A DNA stretch of 64,000 bases from Pseudomonadota bacterium (GCA_039024895.1 JBCCPJ010000005.1:29109-93108); one strand, 5' to 3'. Numbered from the stretch's first letter, positions 13,167 through 23,793 are shown. Numbers and translations: made by a program. The notes: a model not told the origin generated them from the sequence alone.

Positions 13167-13618
13167 GTGTTCAGGAAGACTTCGAGTGTCACCAACCCGG
13201 TCAAAGGCGCTTCGAGCAATCGCAGCGCCGCGAGCGATATGCGGCTAGAGCCGCCAGTTATCGGTCGGAGGTCCACCTGCACGATGCGACCGGTGTCTGG
13301 ATTGCGCACCCGGCCAACCGTCGGCACTGTGACGAGCGGTGTTTCGAGCCAGAATCCGGGGATTGCCGCGTCGCCAAGCGAGGCAACCGTTGTGCCAAGG
13401 CTGTCGCCACCCGTCGATGGGGCAACGGTTGCCTCTTCGCGCTGTTCATCTGTCGTTGTATCGAAATCTTCTACCGTGACGGCATTGTCGTCAGGCAAGG
13501 CGAGGCCTGTAGAGGGGTCGATATTCGGCGCGGGTGCCGGGGGTGGCGCGGGCCGGAAGTCGGGGATCTGAGCGCAGCCAGCCAGCAAAACCAAGATCGA
13601 GAGGAATGTAATACGCAT
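13163..13618 (-). CDS. lipoprotein, unknown function
   Basis: Signal peptide plus lipobox [15 protein letters not shown]; its stop overlaps the start of the methyltransferase gene (ATGA). Confidence 0.6.
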   Translation of the reverse strand: MRITFLSILVLLAGCAQIPDFRPAPPPAPAPNIDPSTGLALPDDNAVTVEDFDTTTDEQREEATVAPSTGGDSLGTTVASLGDAAIPGFWLETPLVTVPTVGRVRNPDTGRIVQVDLRPITGGSSRISLAALRLLEAPLTGLVTLEVFLNT

Positions 13619-13701
13619 ATTTCAGACTAACCTGCGTCTTGCACGGTCTCAACCGCAGATCAGACTTGCGGCACGACTTTGCGCGCACTAGCTTTTTCGT
13701 C

Positions 13702-14709
13702 ATGCTTGCTGAACCCTTGATAGACCCGTTTGCGCGCCCCATCAGTTACCTTCGCGTGTCGGTGACCGATCGTTGCGACTTTCGCTGTGTCTATTGCATG
13801 GCTGAAAACATGACGTTCCTTCCCAAAAAGGAGCTTTTAACCCTCGAAGAGCTTGATCGCATGTGTTCGGCCTTTATCCGTATGGGGGTCGAAAAGCTTC
13901 GGATCACGGGCGGTGAACCGTTGGTACGCCGCGATATCATGACGTTCTTTCACTCCATGACCCGGCATTTGGAAAGCGGCGCGTTGAAGGAATTGACCGT
14001 TACTACGAATGGGTCGCAATTGGCGCGATTTGCGGATGAGCTCTATGCGGCAGGTGTGCGGCGGATAAATGTGTCCCTCGACACATTGGACGAAGAAAAG
14101 TTCGCGCGAGTGACCCGTTGGGGTCGTTTGCCTCAGGTCTTGAAGGGCATTGATGCGGCGCAACGGGCTGGCTTGCGGGTCAAGATCAACACGGTGGCGC
14201 TTAAGGATTTCAACGAAGAAGAACTGTTCGAGCTTACCCAGTGGTGCGCGGATCGCGACATGGACCTCACCTTTATCGAAGTGATGCCGATGGGTGATCT
14301 TGGCGGGGAAGATCGCATCGGACAGTATTGGTCCCTCAAGGACTTGCGCCGACAACTGGCAGAGCGCTTTACGCTCACCGATTTGGCGCATCGTACCGGT
14401 GGCCCGGCCCGATATGTTCGCTTCGAAGAAACCGGTCAGCAGGTGGGTTTCATTACACCACTTACCCATAATTTTTGCGAAAGCTGCAACCGGGTTCGAC
14501 TGACCTGTACGGGCGAGCTGTTTATGTGCCTCGGCCAGGAGGACAATGCCGATTTGCGCACACCGCTTCGCGCCTCGGAGGCGGATGAGCAGCTAGAACA
14601 CGCCATTCGTGCCGCTATCGCGCGCAAGCCCAAAGGCCATGACTTTGATTACTCGCGCCAGCGCGCCGACGGCCAGGTTTCACGGCATATGAGCCATACC
14701 GGCGGCTAA
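13702..14709 (+). CDS. moaA: GTP 3',8-cyclase (radical SAM)
   Basis: CDFRCVYC radical-SAM motif and C-terminal [10 protein letters not shown] cluster. Start trimmed to [10 protein letters not shown]. Confidence 0.95.
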   Translation: MLAEPLIDPFARPISYLRVSVTDRCDFRCVYCMAENMTFLPKKELLTLEELDRMCSAFIRMGVEKLRITGGEPLVRRDIMTFFHSMTRHLESGALKELTVTTNGSQLARFADELYAAGVRRINVSLDTLDEEKFARVTRWGRLPQVLKGIDAAQRAGLRVKINTVALKDFNEEELFELTQWCADRDMDLTFIEVMPMGDLGGEDRIGQYWSLKDLRRQLAERFTLTDLAHRTGGPARYVRFEETGQQVGFITPLTHNFCESCNRVRLTCTGELFMCLGQEDNADLRTPLRASEADEQLEHAIRAAIARKPKGHDFDYSRQRADGQVSRHMSHTGG

Positions 14710-14793
14710 GAAACCCACCTTTTGGACATCATCAGGCCTTCTTTCCCTGACTTAGATACAGACCTGCGGGGGCTTCAAATGAAGGAAAGCCCC

Positions 14794-15048
14794 ATGCGCA
14801 AGCTCATCATGATGGTATTCGTTCTTGCCCTTGCGGCCTGCGGACAAGCTACCGATGCCGTGAACTCGGATGCCACGCCTGCCAAAGTCCAAGCGGAAAC
14901 TGCCAAATACTTCTCCACCACCAGCCGTAACGTACGGGTGGGCTCTTTCGAGCAGACATTGCTCGGCACAAAGTATCGGGCAAAGATCGGCAGCCGGACG
15001 TTCAATTGTCACTACATCCGCAGCACGGTAAGTTGTCAGAACGCCTGA
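14794..15048 (+). CDS. small lipoprotein, unknown function
   Basis: MRKLIMMVFVLALAACGQ lipobox; GGAAAG lies upstream of this ATG. The longer ORF start at 14722 is unlikely. Confidence 0.55.
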   Translation: MRKLIMMVFVLALAACGQATDAVNSDATPAKVQAETAKYFSTTSRNVRVGSFEQTLLGTKYRAKIGSRTFNCHYIRSTVSCQNA

Positions 15049-15074
15049 GGCATTCTTGCAGCGATCAGACTAAC

Positions 15075-15097
15075 TGCGGCGCTAACCAAGCGCCGCA
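15075..15097. terminator. 9-bp perfect stem hairpin between convergent genes
   Basis: TGCGGCGCT-AACCA-AGCGCCGCA; only a weak T-run follows on the plus strand. Confidence 0.4.
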
Positions 15098-15154
15098 ACG
15101 CATCTTTGGAGCGAAGGCGAACGACCCGCGCCTGCGCGGGCAAACGAAAGTGCC

Positions 15155-15712
15155 CTAAGGCCCTATGTTCTTTTCAATAATTTGCGTCGGAACCCCATCG
15201 AGGGTTTCTGTGTTGCGGTTCCGCCAATAGTCGCGAATACCGTCCTGACCCTTGTCTTTGGCCCAGTTCTTCAGCACGTCGCGATCCTTATTATAGCTCA
15301 TCTCCGGGACCGCGTAGCCGCAGCTCTTCTGGACCAAATCTATGGTGAGATCGAATAGTTGCCGGGCTGCAGGGTCGGGCGAAAACTCTGCATCAAAGGT
15401 AGCCCACTCCGGGTCTAGCCGATGGATCGCGCGGGCAGTGCCGTAGGCGCGGAGGATCATCGGGGGACCAGAAAAGGCGCACCACATCAGCGTCATGCGC
15501 GCATTGTCCTCAAGATGGGTCGCCGTCTCGTTGCCGCTGCCCGTCATATTGCGCCAGAGAATACGGTTCGGGCCAAGGACACGGAGGCTATCCATACCCT
15601 TGGGGGAGACGTTGATCCGCCCTTCGCGCGCTGCAGAACCCACAAAAAACACGGGCTGTTTCTCAATGAATTTTTGATGTGCTGGCTCTAAAGCTTCGAA
15701 ACGTGTGCCCAT
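15155..15712 (-). CDS. pyridoxamine 5'-phosphate oxidase family protein
   Basis: 185 aa; FIEKQPVFFVGSAAREGRINVSPKG is typical of the PNPOx-like split-barrel fold. Lies 12 nt downstream of glmS. Confidence 0.7.
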   Translation of the reverse strand: MGTRFEALEPAHQKFIEKQPVFFVGSAAREGRINVSPKGMDSLRVLGPNRILWRNMTGSGNETATHLEDNARMTLMWCAFSGPPMILRAYGTARAIHRLDPEWATFDAEFSPDPAARQLFDLTIDLVQKSCGYAVPEMSYNKDRDVLKNWAKDKGQDGIRDYWRNRNTETLDGVPTQIIEKNIGP

Positions 15713-15724
15713 GGGCGCGCCCTC

Positions 15725-17539
15725 TCATTCTACGGTCACAGATTTTGCGAGATTGCGTGGCTGGTCAACATCTGTGCCTTTCGCGACGGCAGTGTAATAA
15801 GCCAAGAGCTGGGCCGGGATGGCATAGACCAGGGGGGCAATTAGGTCTGGGGTCATTGGCATCTCGATAACCCGCCATGCGCCTTCACCGGCCGCCTCTG
15901 CCCCCGCTCTGTCTGAGATCAGAACGATCTTGCCGCCACGCGCCATCACCTCTTGCATATTCGAAACTGTCTTGTCGAAAAGCCCGTCCTGCGGCGCCAT
16001 AACAATGACTGGCACATTGCGATCAATCAGGGCGATGGGACCGTGCTTTAGCTCGCCGCTCGCATAACCTTCGGCATGTATATAGCTGATTTCTTTAAGC
16101 TTTAATGCGCCTTCGAGCGCGAGCGGGAACATCTGGCCGCGCCCGAGGAACAGGATGTCCTGCGCTTCCGCCAGCTTTTCGCCGGTGGCCTCAAAGGCGC
16201 CGGTTGTGGCAAGCGCCTGGCTGACCAACCCAGGCACGGCGCGCAAGGCGTCGCAGTTTTCCTTGAACGTTGCATCATCCATTTGGCCACGGTCGCGCGC
16301 CGCACGAAGTGCCACGACCATAAGGACAAGCAATTGACAGGTGAAGGCCTTGGTGGACGCAACACCGATCTCGGCGCCCGCGTAAATCGGCAGCACGATG
16401 TCGCTTTCCCGGGCAATCGAACTTTCGGGCACATTCACCACGGAGAGTATTTGGCTTTTGGTGGCGACATGGCGCAAGGCAGCCAATGTATCGGCGGTCT
16501 CACCGGATTGGCTGACGAAGATCGACAGAGTATTTTTGCCAATAGGTGGGCTGCGATACCGGAATTCGGAGGCCACATCGATTTCGACCGGAATCCCGGC
16601 CAGCCGTTCGATCCAGTACTTCGCTGTCATACAGGCGTAAAACGCCGTGCCACAGGCCACCATAACGACACGCTCAACATCGCTGAAATCGGGCATGGTT
16701 TCGGGAAGCACGAGGCCGTCGTCGTCGAGATAGTGGGCTAGTGCTTCGGAGAGGACGACGGGCTGTTCCGCAATCTCCTTCGCCATGAAGTGCTTGTGGC
16801 CTTCCTTGCTGATCCGCGCGGTGTCGATTTCGATCTTACGAATTTCACGGTTCGCCGGCCGGCCGGCGGCATCCCAGATTTCCGCCCCGGCGCGCGTCAG
16901 TACGGTGCGGTCGCCTTCCTCAAGGTAGGTGATCCGGTCCGTGAGGGGGGACAGCGCAATGGCGTCGGAACCAAGAAACATCTCCCCTTCGCCCCAGCCA
17001 ATGGCAAGGGGCGAGCCCTTGCGCGCTGCGATGATCAAATCGCTTTCACCATCGAAGAGGAACGCGATGGCAAACGCGCCTTCGAGCCGCGCTATGGTCT
17101 GCTCCGCGGCATCGCGGGGCGCAAGACCTTGATCAAGATAGCTTTGCGCAAGAAGGGAGATCGTTTCCGTGTCAGTCTCCGTTTCTGTCACATACCCCGC
17201 TTCAGCCAGACCTTCGCGTAGCGATTTATAGTTCTCGATGATCCCGTTATGCACCACGGCAACGGGTCCCGATCGGTGGGGATGGGCGTTGCTGACAGAG
17301 GGCGCGCCGTGGGTTGCCCACCGGGTGTGGCCAATCCCGGCGCGGCCGGGCAGGGGCTCATGTACCAAAAGGTCAGCAAGGTTCACCAGCTTGCCCACGG
17401 CCCGGCGACGGTCGAGTTTGCCCTAATTGACGGTTGCAATCCCCGCACTGTCATAGCCGCGATACTCGAGGCGTTTTAACGCCTCTACCAGCGTTGGGGC
17501 CGCTTCGTGATCACTGAGAATTCCGACGATGCCGCACAT
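15725..17539 (-). pseudogene. glmS: glutamine--fructose-6-phosphate aminotransferase (GlmS) interrupted by an in-frame TAG at 17423..17425
   Basis: ATG at 17539 reads [38 protein letters not shown], then TAG, then GKLDRRRAVGKLVNL..., in the same frame as the 557-aa ORF. SIS domains and the C-terminal KSVTVE are present. Confidence 0.85.
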
Positions 17540-17542
17540 GTT

Positions 17543-18901
17543 TCAGCCTTTCTGAGCTGCTTTTGCCGCGCGCAAGCGGGCGAAAAGTCTACGGGCGAGG
17601 CCCGGTTTGTTGGTTTGGCGTGCCCGTGCAAGGGCGAGATCACCGGCCGGGACATCCACTGTGACGACGCCGCCGGTTGCGGTCATCGCCTCATCCCCAA
17701 TGCTGACGGGCGCCACGAGCATTGTGTTAGAGCCGATGAAGACATCGTCACCAATCTCCGTCCGGTGTTTGAAAACGCCATCATAGTTGCAGGTGATGGT
17801 GCCCGCGCCGATGTTGGTCCGCTCACCCACACTTGCGTCGCCGATATAGCTGAGATGATTGACCTTGGCGCCATCGGCGATACTCGCGTTCTTCACTTCA
17901 ACAAAATTACCGATCCGAGTGTCGTTAGATAGCTCTGCGCCAGGTCGAAGACGGGCGTAAGGTCCGACAATCGCCCGAGCGCCCACATGCGCGCCTTCGA
18001 TGTGGGAGAAGGCACGGATGCGTGCGTGGCTTTCGATTGTAACACCGGGACCGAAGATTACGTGGGGTTCGATAATTGCGTCGCGGCCGATGACGGTGTC
18101 CGCAGCGAAGTAAACCGTTTCCGGTGCTTGTAAGGTCACACCATTTCCCAATGCAGCGGCGCGGGCACGGGACTGGAACACCGCTTCCGCCGCAGCAAGA
18201 TCGGCACGTGAGTTGATGCCGAGCGTTTCCGCCTCGTCACAAGTCGCAACTTTGGTGACCAAACCTTCGGCAGCGCCAAGGGCAGGAATATCCGTCAAGT
18301 AATACTCGCCCGCTGCGTTATCATTGCCCACCGAGGCGGCGAGGCGCAGAAGAGTTTCGGTGCGTGCGAGGACGACGCCGGAATTGCAGAGTTTGATGGC
18401 CCGCTCATCCTCGCTTGCATCGTTGTATTCCACGATGCGGCGCAATGTGTCACCGTCCATCACCATACGCCCATAGCGGCCCGGGTCGTCAGTCTGAAAG
18501 CCAAGGAAAACAATATCGGCCCCATCAGCGCGCAAGGTCTGCATACGCGCCAGCGTTTCGGGCTGAATAAAAGGCGTATCGCCGTAAAGGATCAGCGTGT
18601 CGCCACCTGCCCCCTCCAGCACCTCCGCTGCCTGCGCCACGGCGTGGGCGGTGCCGAGCTGTTCTTTTTGTTCAGCGATCAGAATCTCGGGATCAGAAGC
18701 ACGCGCGGCCTCGGCCACCGCATCGCTGCCATGTCCCACCACGACAACGCGTCGCCCGTCCAACGCGGCGGCTGAATTCAACGCGTGCTGGAACAAAGGT
18801 GCATGGGCAATATGGTGCAACACCTTCGGCGTGTCGGACTGTATGCGCGTGCCTTCGCCAGCGGCGAGGAGGATCAAGTGGGTGGGCATCTGCTCTGCCA
18901 T
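17543..18901 (-). CDS. glmU: bifunctional GlcNAc-1-P uridyltransferase / GlcN-1-P acetyltransferase
   Basis: 452 aa; LAAGEGTRIQS nucleotidyltransferase motif plus C-terminal left-handed beta-helix hexapeptide repeats. Confidence 0.95.
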   Translation of the reverse strand: MAEQMPTHLILLAAGEGTRIQSDTPKVLHHIAHAPLFQHALNSAAALDGRRVVVVGHGSDAVAEAARASDPEILIAEQKEQLGTAHAVAQAAEVLEGAGGDTLILYGDTPFIQPETLARMQTLRADGADIVFLGFQTDDPGRYGRMVMDGDTLRRIVEYNDASEDERAIKLCNSGVVLARTETLLRLAASVGNDNAAGEYYLTDIPALGAAEGLVTKVATCDEAETLGINSRADLAAAEAVFQSRARAAALGNGVTLQAPETVYFAADTVIGRDAIIEPHVIFGPGVTIESHARIRAFSHIEGAHVGARAIVGPYARLRPGAELSNDTRIGNFVEVKNASIADGAKVNHLSYIGDASVGERTNIGAGTITCNYDGVFKHRTEIGDDVFIGSNTMLVAPVSIGDEAMTATGGVVTVDVPAGDLALARARQTNKPGLARRLFARLRAAKAAQKG

Positions 18902-19016
18902 GGTCGTTTTTTCTTGCCCCCTTTTAAACGGCAGGTCACATGTCGCAAAGGTATGGCTGCATCAACTTGTGTTGCCAAAAACTACAATAACAGCGTGTTC
19001 TTGCCGAGGCGTTTAA

Positions 19017-19679
19017 ATGAAGACAGTGATTTGCGATCTCGACGGGACGCTCGCGGATACGAGCGGAGACCTGATTGCCGCCGCAAATGCGTGTTTTATC
19101 GCGGAGGGTTATGGCGCGCTTTTGGATGAGCATGCGGATGCGGCGACAGCGTTTCGCGGGGGGCGCGCCATGTTGCGGCTCGGGTTTTCGCGCGTTGGCA
19201 TCGAAGATGAAACCGCAGTCGATGCGCAATATCTGTCGCTTCTGGAGCATTACGCCGAGAATATCAACGTAAAAACAGTGCTTTATCTTGGTGTTGTTGA
19301 GGCGTTAGAAGGTTTGCGCGCAGAAGGTTATGCGCTAGGCGTCTGTACGAATAAGCCGAGCGCGCTTGCCGAAAGCTTGCTGCAAAAGCTTGGTATCCGC
19401 GACCTTTTCGGATCGATGATCGGCGCGGATAGTTTGTCGGTCAGCAAGCCCAATCCGCAACCGTACCTGGAGGCCGTCACGCGTGCGGGCGGTGATCCGG
19501 CGCAGTCAGTTCTGATCGGGGACACGGAAACGGATGTGAAGACGGCACAAGCGGCGGGCGTGCCTATTGTCCTAGTGGGGTTTGGTCCCGAGGGGACAGG
19601 GATTGCAAGATTGGTGCCAGACGCCCTCTTGATGGGGTATGATCAGCTTGGCAAAGTCGTGAAAACACTGATTGGGTGA
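19017..19679 (+). CDS. HAD-superfamily hydrolase (phosphoglycolate phosphatase-like)
   Basis: DLDGTLADT motif I, CTNKP motif II and GDTETD motif IV. Confidence 0.8.
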   Translation: MKTVICDLDGTLADTSGDLIAAANACFIAEGYGALLDEHADAATAFRGGRAMLRLGFSRVGIEDETAVDAQYLSLLEHYAENINVKTVLYLGVVEALEGLRAEGYALGVCTNKPSALAESLLQKLGIRDLFGSMIGADSLSVSKPNPQPYLEAVTRAGGDPAQSVLIGDTETDVKTAQAAGVPIVLVGFGPEGTGIARLVPDALLMGYDQLGKVVKTLIG

Positions 19680-19682
19680 CAC

Positions 19683-20864
19683 ATGCGGTTCGAGGGGAAC
19701 TTTACGCAGCAAGAGCCTATTCCGCCGGAAGGGATCGCGGCGGCAACAGCGATCATGGAGCATGGTCGCCTGCACCGCTACAACACCGTTGGTGACGAAC
19801 TTGGCGAAACCGCTGCCCTTGAACGGGAGTTCGCTGAATATACGGGTGCTAAATTCGCCCTCGCCGTTACCTCGGGCGGGTACGCGCTCGCGACCGCCTT
19901 GCGCGCTGTGGGCGTCGAGTCGGGGGCGAAAGTGCTGACAAATGCCTTCACCTTGGCCCCTGTTCCCGGATCAGTGGCAGCGGTGGGGGCGTCTGCCGTT
20001 TTTGTCGAAACCACCGAGGCCCTGGTCATCGACCTCGACGACCTCGCGGAAAAGGCAGCAAAGACCGGGGCGCGGATCCTAATGCTCAGCCACATGCGGG
20101 GGCATCAACCGGACATGGCGGCGCTCATGTCGATTGCGGACACGCACGGGCTGACGGTGATCGAAGATTGCGCCCATACCATGGGCGGTCGGTCGGGTAA
20201 TGTCATGTCCGGACGCCACGGTGCGGTCGGGTGTTTTTCATCCCAGACCTATAAGCACATCAACTCTGGCGAAGGTGGTTTTCTGATTACCGATGATGCG
20301 GAGATTGCCGCACGCGCCACGCTTCTGTCTGGCAGTTACATGCTTTACCCGCGCCACGGCGCCGGTCCGGACTTGGAGACGTTTGAGCCGCTGCGCGACG
20401 CCGTGCCCAATATCTCGGGCCGCATGGATAATCTAAGAGCCGCAATCCTGCGTCCGCAACTGGGCCTCTTGCAAGATCGCGTCGCGCGTTGGGCTAAACT
20501 CCACGACGCGATGGAGGATGGGCTTCGACATGTACCCGGGGTCCAGTTGATTGCACGCGATCCGGGCCTCGAACGCGTCGGGTCATCTTTTCAGTTTGTG
20601 ATGCCGGAAAAGCGGGAAGACTGGATTGCAGAATTTGTAACGCGTTGTGCTGCACGTGGCGTGGAACTCAAATGGTTTGGGGCCGCTCGCGCGCAAGGTT
20701 TCACCTCTTCCCACCGAAACTGGTCCTATGCCGGGCGGGCGAACTTGCCGCGGACGGATCGGGTATTGGCGGGTTTACTGGATATGCGCTTGCCTTTGAC
20801 TTTCACCGTAGAAGATTGCGCCGTGATTGCGCAGATAATTGCAGAAGAAGCGGCGCTTGTCTGA
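19683..20864 (+). CDS. DegT/DnrJ/EryC1/StrS-family PLP aminotransferase
   Basis: 393 aa; fold-type I sugar-aminotransferase layout with FSSQTYKHINSGEGG (PLP-lysine region). Confidence 0.75.
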   Translation: MRFEGNFTQQEPIPPEGIAAATAIMEHGRLHRYNTVGDELGETAALEREFAEYTGAKFALAVTSGGYALATALRAVGVESGAKVLTNAFTLAPVPGSVAAVGASAVFVETTEALVIDLDDLAEKAAKTGARILMLSHMRGHQPDMAALMSIADTHGLTVIEDCAHTMGGRSGNVMSGRHGAVGCFSSQTYKHINSGEGGFLITDDAEIAARATLLSGSYMLYPRHGAGPDLETFEPLRDAVPNISGRMDNLRAAILRPQLGLLQDRVARWAKLHDAMEDGLRHVPGVQLIARDPGLERVGSSFQFVMPEKREDWIAEFVTRCAARGVELKWFGAARAQGFTSSHRNWSYAGRANLPRTDRVLAGLLDMRLPLTFTVEDCAVIAQIIAEEAALV

Positions 20865-21171
20865 TACGCGGGACAGAGAACTGACTTCGGGAATGGCGCC
20901 GGTTTTTTCAATATTGTACAGCGCTCGACCGCCCTTTGCGGCTTAAATTATTACGATTTCTGAGGACGTTGTCCCCGACGCAAGTTTGCACTCTGTTCAG
21001 TTTTCGGACTTACTCGCCATTTACGCCAGATTTTTCGGCAATTTACGCGCGGCAGTATTCACCTTCTGTGACGCCCGTGGCGTTTTGTTCGGATGGCATC
21101 ACAGCATTCTTGGAAAGTGTTTCCTATTGCGGTCGACGCTTAGAGGACCGGCATAACTGGAAAGGACGAAT

Positions 21172-22542
21172 ATGACAGACCAAACCTCTCATACACTCAT
21201 TTACGGTCTGGACGATGTTCCGCCACCCCCGGCCAGTTTCCTCGCCGCTGTCCAACATATCTTGGCGTCGATTGTCGGAATTGTGACGCCAACGTTGATT
21301 ATTGGCGGCGTGTTGGGGCTCGGCGATCTAATCCCGTATCTGATTGCCATGGCCTTTTTCGTATCGGGCGTGTCGACCTTTATTCAATGCAAGACGATTG
21401 GTCCCATTGGCTCGGGATTGCTCAGCTTGCAAGGGACCAGCTTCGCTTTCCTCGGTGCACTGCTCGCGGCAGGTTTTGCCGTCAAGGGCGCGGGTGGCAC
21501 GCCCGAGGATATTCTCGCCATGCTGTTTGGTCTTTGCCTCGCAGGATGCCTGGTGGAAATCGTTTTAAGTCAATTTATTGACAAGCTTGGAAAAATCATC
21601 ACGCCAACTGTAACGGGAATTGTCATAACGGTTATTGGATTGAGCCTCGTCAAAGTCGGTTTTACCGACTTTGCGGGCGGCGTTGGTGCTGGCGAAAACC
21701 TCGGACTGCCGATCAATCTATTCCTAGGTTCGATTGTCGTCGTCACTATCCTTGCATTCACTTTCTACGGCAGCCCAATGGTCCGTATTTCGGCAATTAT
21801 GATTGGTTTGGTGGTGGGCTTCATCGTTGCGCTGGTCTTCGGCCAGGTCGATTTTTCGAGCTTCGGAAACGCGCCAATGTTTGCCGTGCCAATGCCGCTT
21901 CAATATGGGCTGAGCTTCGATTTCTTTCTCTTCATACCCATTGCGTTCATCTTTCTTGTGACAGCGATCGAAACATCGGGTGACTTGACCGCGAATTCAA
22001 TTATCGCGAACCAACCTGTGAAGGGTCCGGTTTATATGAAAAGGATCAAGGGCGGTATCCTGGGGGATGGGATCAATTCCGGCATTGCAGCACTCTTCAA
22101 CACATTTCCAAATACGACGTTTTCGCAGAACAACGGTGTTATTCAAATGACCGGTGTGGCGAGCCGCCATGTTGGACTTTATATCGCCGGCATTCTCGTG
22201 GTCCTCGGTTTCTTTCCAATTATTGGTTCCGCCTTCCTTCTGGTTCCCAAGCCTGTTTTGGGTGGTGCAACTCTGGTTCTTTTTGGAACGATTGCTGTCG
22301 CGGGGATACGTATTCTTGCCACCCAGGAGATGACACGACGCCAGGTTTACATCATGGCGATCTCCTTCGGTCTTGGACTTGGCGTGACGCTCGTCCCCGA
22401 TGCAACGCAGCACATGCCGGATTTCTTGAAGCAGGTGGTTGCCACGCCCATAACGCTGGCCGGTCTTTCGGCAATTATTTTGTCGCTGCTCCTGCCAGAG
22501 GATGCGCCGGTAGAAGAAACCGAAGCGCAGCCGGCCGAGTAA
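21172..22542 (+). CDS. NCS2-family nucleobase (xanthine/uracil) permease
   Basis: 456-aa polytopic protein; NCS2 signatures (QHILASIVG, TSGDL, TFSQNNGVI). Confidence 0.9.
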   Translation: MTDQTSHTLIYGLDDVPPPPASFLAAVQHILASIVGIVTPTLIIGGVLGLGDLIPYLIAMAFFVSGVSTFIQCKTIGPIGSGLLSLQGTSFAFLGALLAAGFAVKGAGGTPEDILAMLFGLCLAGCLVEIVLSQFIDKLGKIITPTVTGIVITVIGLSLVKVGFTDFAGGVGAGENLGLPINLFLGSIVVVTILAFTFYGSPMVRISAIMIGLVVGFIVALVFGQVDFSSFGNAPMFAVPMPLQYGLSFDFFLFIPIAFIFLVTAIETSGDLTANSIIANQPVKGPVYMKRIKGGILGDGINSGIAALFNTFPNTTFSQNNGVIQMTGVASRHVGLYIAGILVVLGFFPIIGSAFLLVPKPVLGGATLVLFGTIAVAGIRILATQEMTRRQVYIMAISFGLGLGVTLVPDATQHMPDFLKQVVATPITLAGLSAIILSLLLPEDAPVEETEAQPAE

Positions 22543-22593
22543 CGTCCCCCTGCTCATGGTAAACCGTTGACGCTTTTGCGGCCTCGCCCTAGA

Positions 22594-22613
22594 AAGTGAA
22601 CGAGTGTTCACTT
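22594..22613. promoter_or_regulatory. perfect inverted repeat (candidate repressor operator) upstream of ivd
   Basis: AAGTGAAC-GAGT-GTTCACTT, 17-36 nt upstream of the ivd ATG and downstream of a TTGACG -35-like hexamer at 22566. Confidence 0.5.
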
Positions 22614-22629
22614 ACGGGAAGGAGCCCTC

Positions 22630-23793
22630 ATGTTCAGCGCATCCATGCGGTTTGATTTGGGCGAAGATATCGAGGCGCTGCGCGAGATGGTGCATCGTTG
22701 GGCGCAGGACCGCGTGCGGCCCATGGCGTCGGAAATCGATAGCAAAAACGCGTTTCCCGCCGAGCTATGGCAGGAAATGGGTGGTCTTGGACTTCTGGGG
22801 ATCACAATCGATGAAACCTATGGCGGAGCAGGGATGGGCTATCTTGCGCACGCTGTGGCGGTCGAAGAAATCGCGCGGGCCAGCGCGTCGGTCAGCCTGT
22901 CCTATGGGGCGCATTCCAACCTGTGCGTGAACCAGATCAAGTTGAACGGCACGGCGGAACAAAAGGCCAAATACCTGCCGAAACTGGTTTCGGGGGAGCA
23001 TGTGGGTGCCCTCGCCATGAGTGAGGCTGGGTCTGGCTCGGATGTGGTTTCGATGAAGCTCAAGGCCGAGAAACGCAACGACCACTATCGCCTGAACGGC
23101 ACCAAATACTGGATCACCAACGGGCCCGATGCTGACACGCTTGTTGTCTACGCAAAGACCGACCCGGAGGCAGGCTCAAAGGGCATAACCGCGTTTCTGA
23201 TCGAAAAGGATATGACTGGTTTCAGCACGTCGCCCCATTTCGACAAGCTAGGGATGCGAGGTTCGAACACGGCAGAACTGATCTTTGAAGATGTTGAGGT
23301 GCCCTTCGACAACGTGCTCGGCGAAGAGGGGCGGGGTGTCGCTGTTTTGATGTCGGGGCTTGATTACGAACGGGTGGTGCTGGCCGCTATTGGCCCGGGC
23401 ATCATTGCCGCCTGCATGGATGAAATCATGCCGTATATGTCGGAACGCAAACAGTTTGGCCAACCTATCGGGTCGTTCCAACTGATGCAGGGCAAGATCG
23501 CGGATATGTATACCGCAATGAACTCGGCGCGAGCCTATGTCTACGAAGTTGCCAAAGCCTGCGACCGGGGCGATGTCACCCGTCAAGACGCCGCGGCGTG
23601 CTGTCTTTACGCGTCTGAAGTTGCCATGACGCAGGCGCATCAGGCTGTGCAGGCGATGGGCGGCGCCGGGTTCATGAGCGATCACCCGGTTTCGCGCCTA
23701 TTTCGCGACGCCAAGCTGATGGAAATCGGCGCGGGTACATCCGAGATACGGCGGATGTTGATCGGGCGCGAATTGGTGGGTGCAACAAGTTAG
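22630..23793 (+). CDS. ivd: isovaleryl-CoA dehydrogenase
   Basis: 387 aa; acyl-CoA dehydrogenase with IVD-type sequence ([18 protein letters not shown]..., [11 protein letters not shown]); ends with TAG. Confidence 0.9.
   Translation: MFSASMRFDLGEDIEALREMVHRWAQDRVRPMASEIDSKNAFPAELWQEMGGLGLLGITIDETYGGAGMGYLAHAVAVEEIARASASVSLSYGAHSNLCVNQIKLNGTAEQKAKYLPKLVSGEHVGALAMSEAGSGSDVVSMKLKAEKRNDHYRLNGTKYWITNGPDADTLVVYAKTDPEAGSKGITAFLIEKDMTGFSTSPHFDKLGMRGSNTAELIFEDVEVPFDNVLGEEGRGVAVLMSGLDYERVVLAAIGPGIIAACMDEIMPYMSERKQFGQPIGSFQLMQGKIADMYTAMNSARAYVYEVAKACDRGDVTRQDAAACCLYASEVAMTQAHQAVQAMGGAGFMSDHPVSRLFRDAKLMEIGAGTSEIRRMLIGRELVGATS

Noticed and set aside
13619-13701. Moco riboswitch upstream of moaA.
   Set aside because: Only about 83 nt are available, which is too short for the roughly 130-150-nt Moco motif. 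I saw only two short alternative 5-bp stems.
17423-17425. The TAG in glmS as programmed recoding (pyrrolysine or natural suppression).
   Set aside because: TAG terminates other genes in this window, and there is no hint of pyl genes here. An error or a null allele is more parsimonious. It is still reported as a finding because the consequence for an essential enzyme is large.
20936-21175. 79-aa plus-strand ORF upstream of the NCS2 permease.
   Set aside because: It has a non-ATG start and a low-complexity Ser/Phe/Thr-rich translation. It runs into the permease start and is more likely leader RNA.
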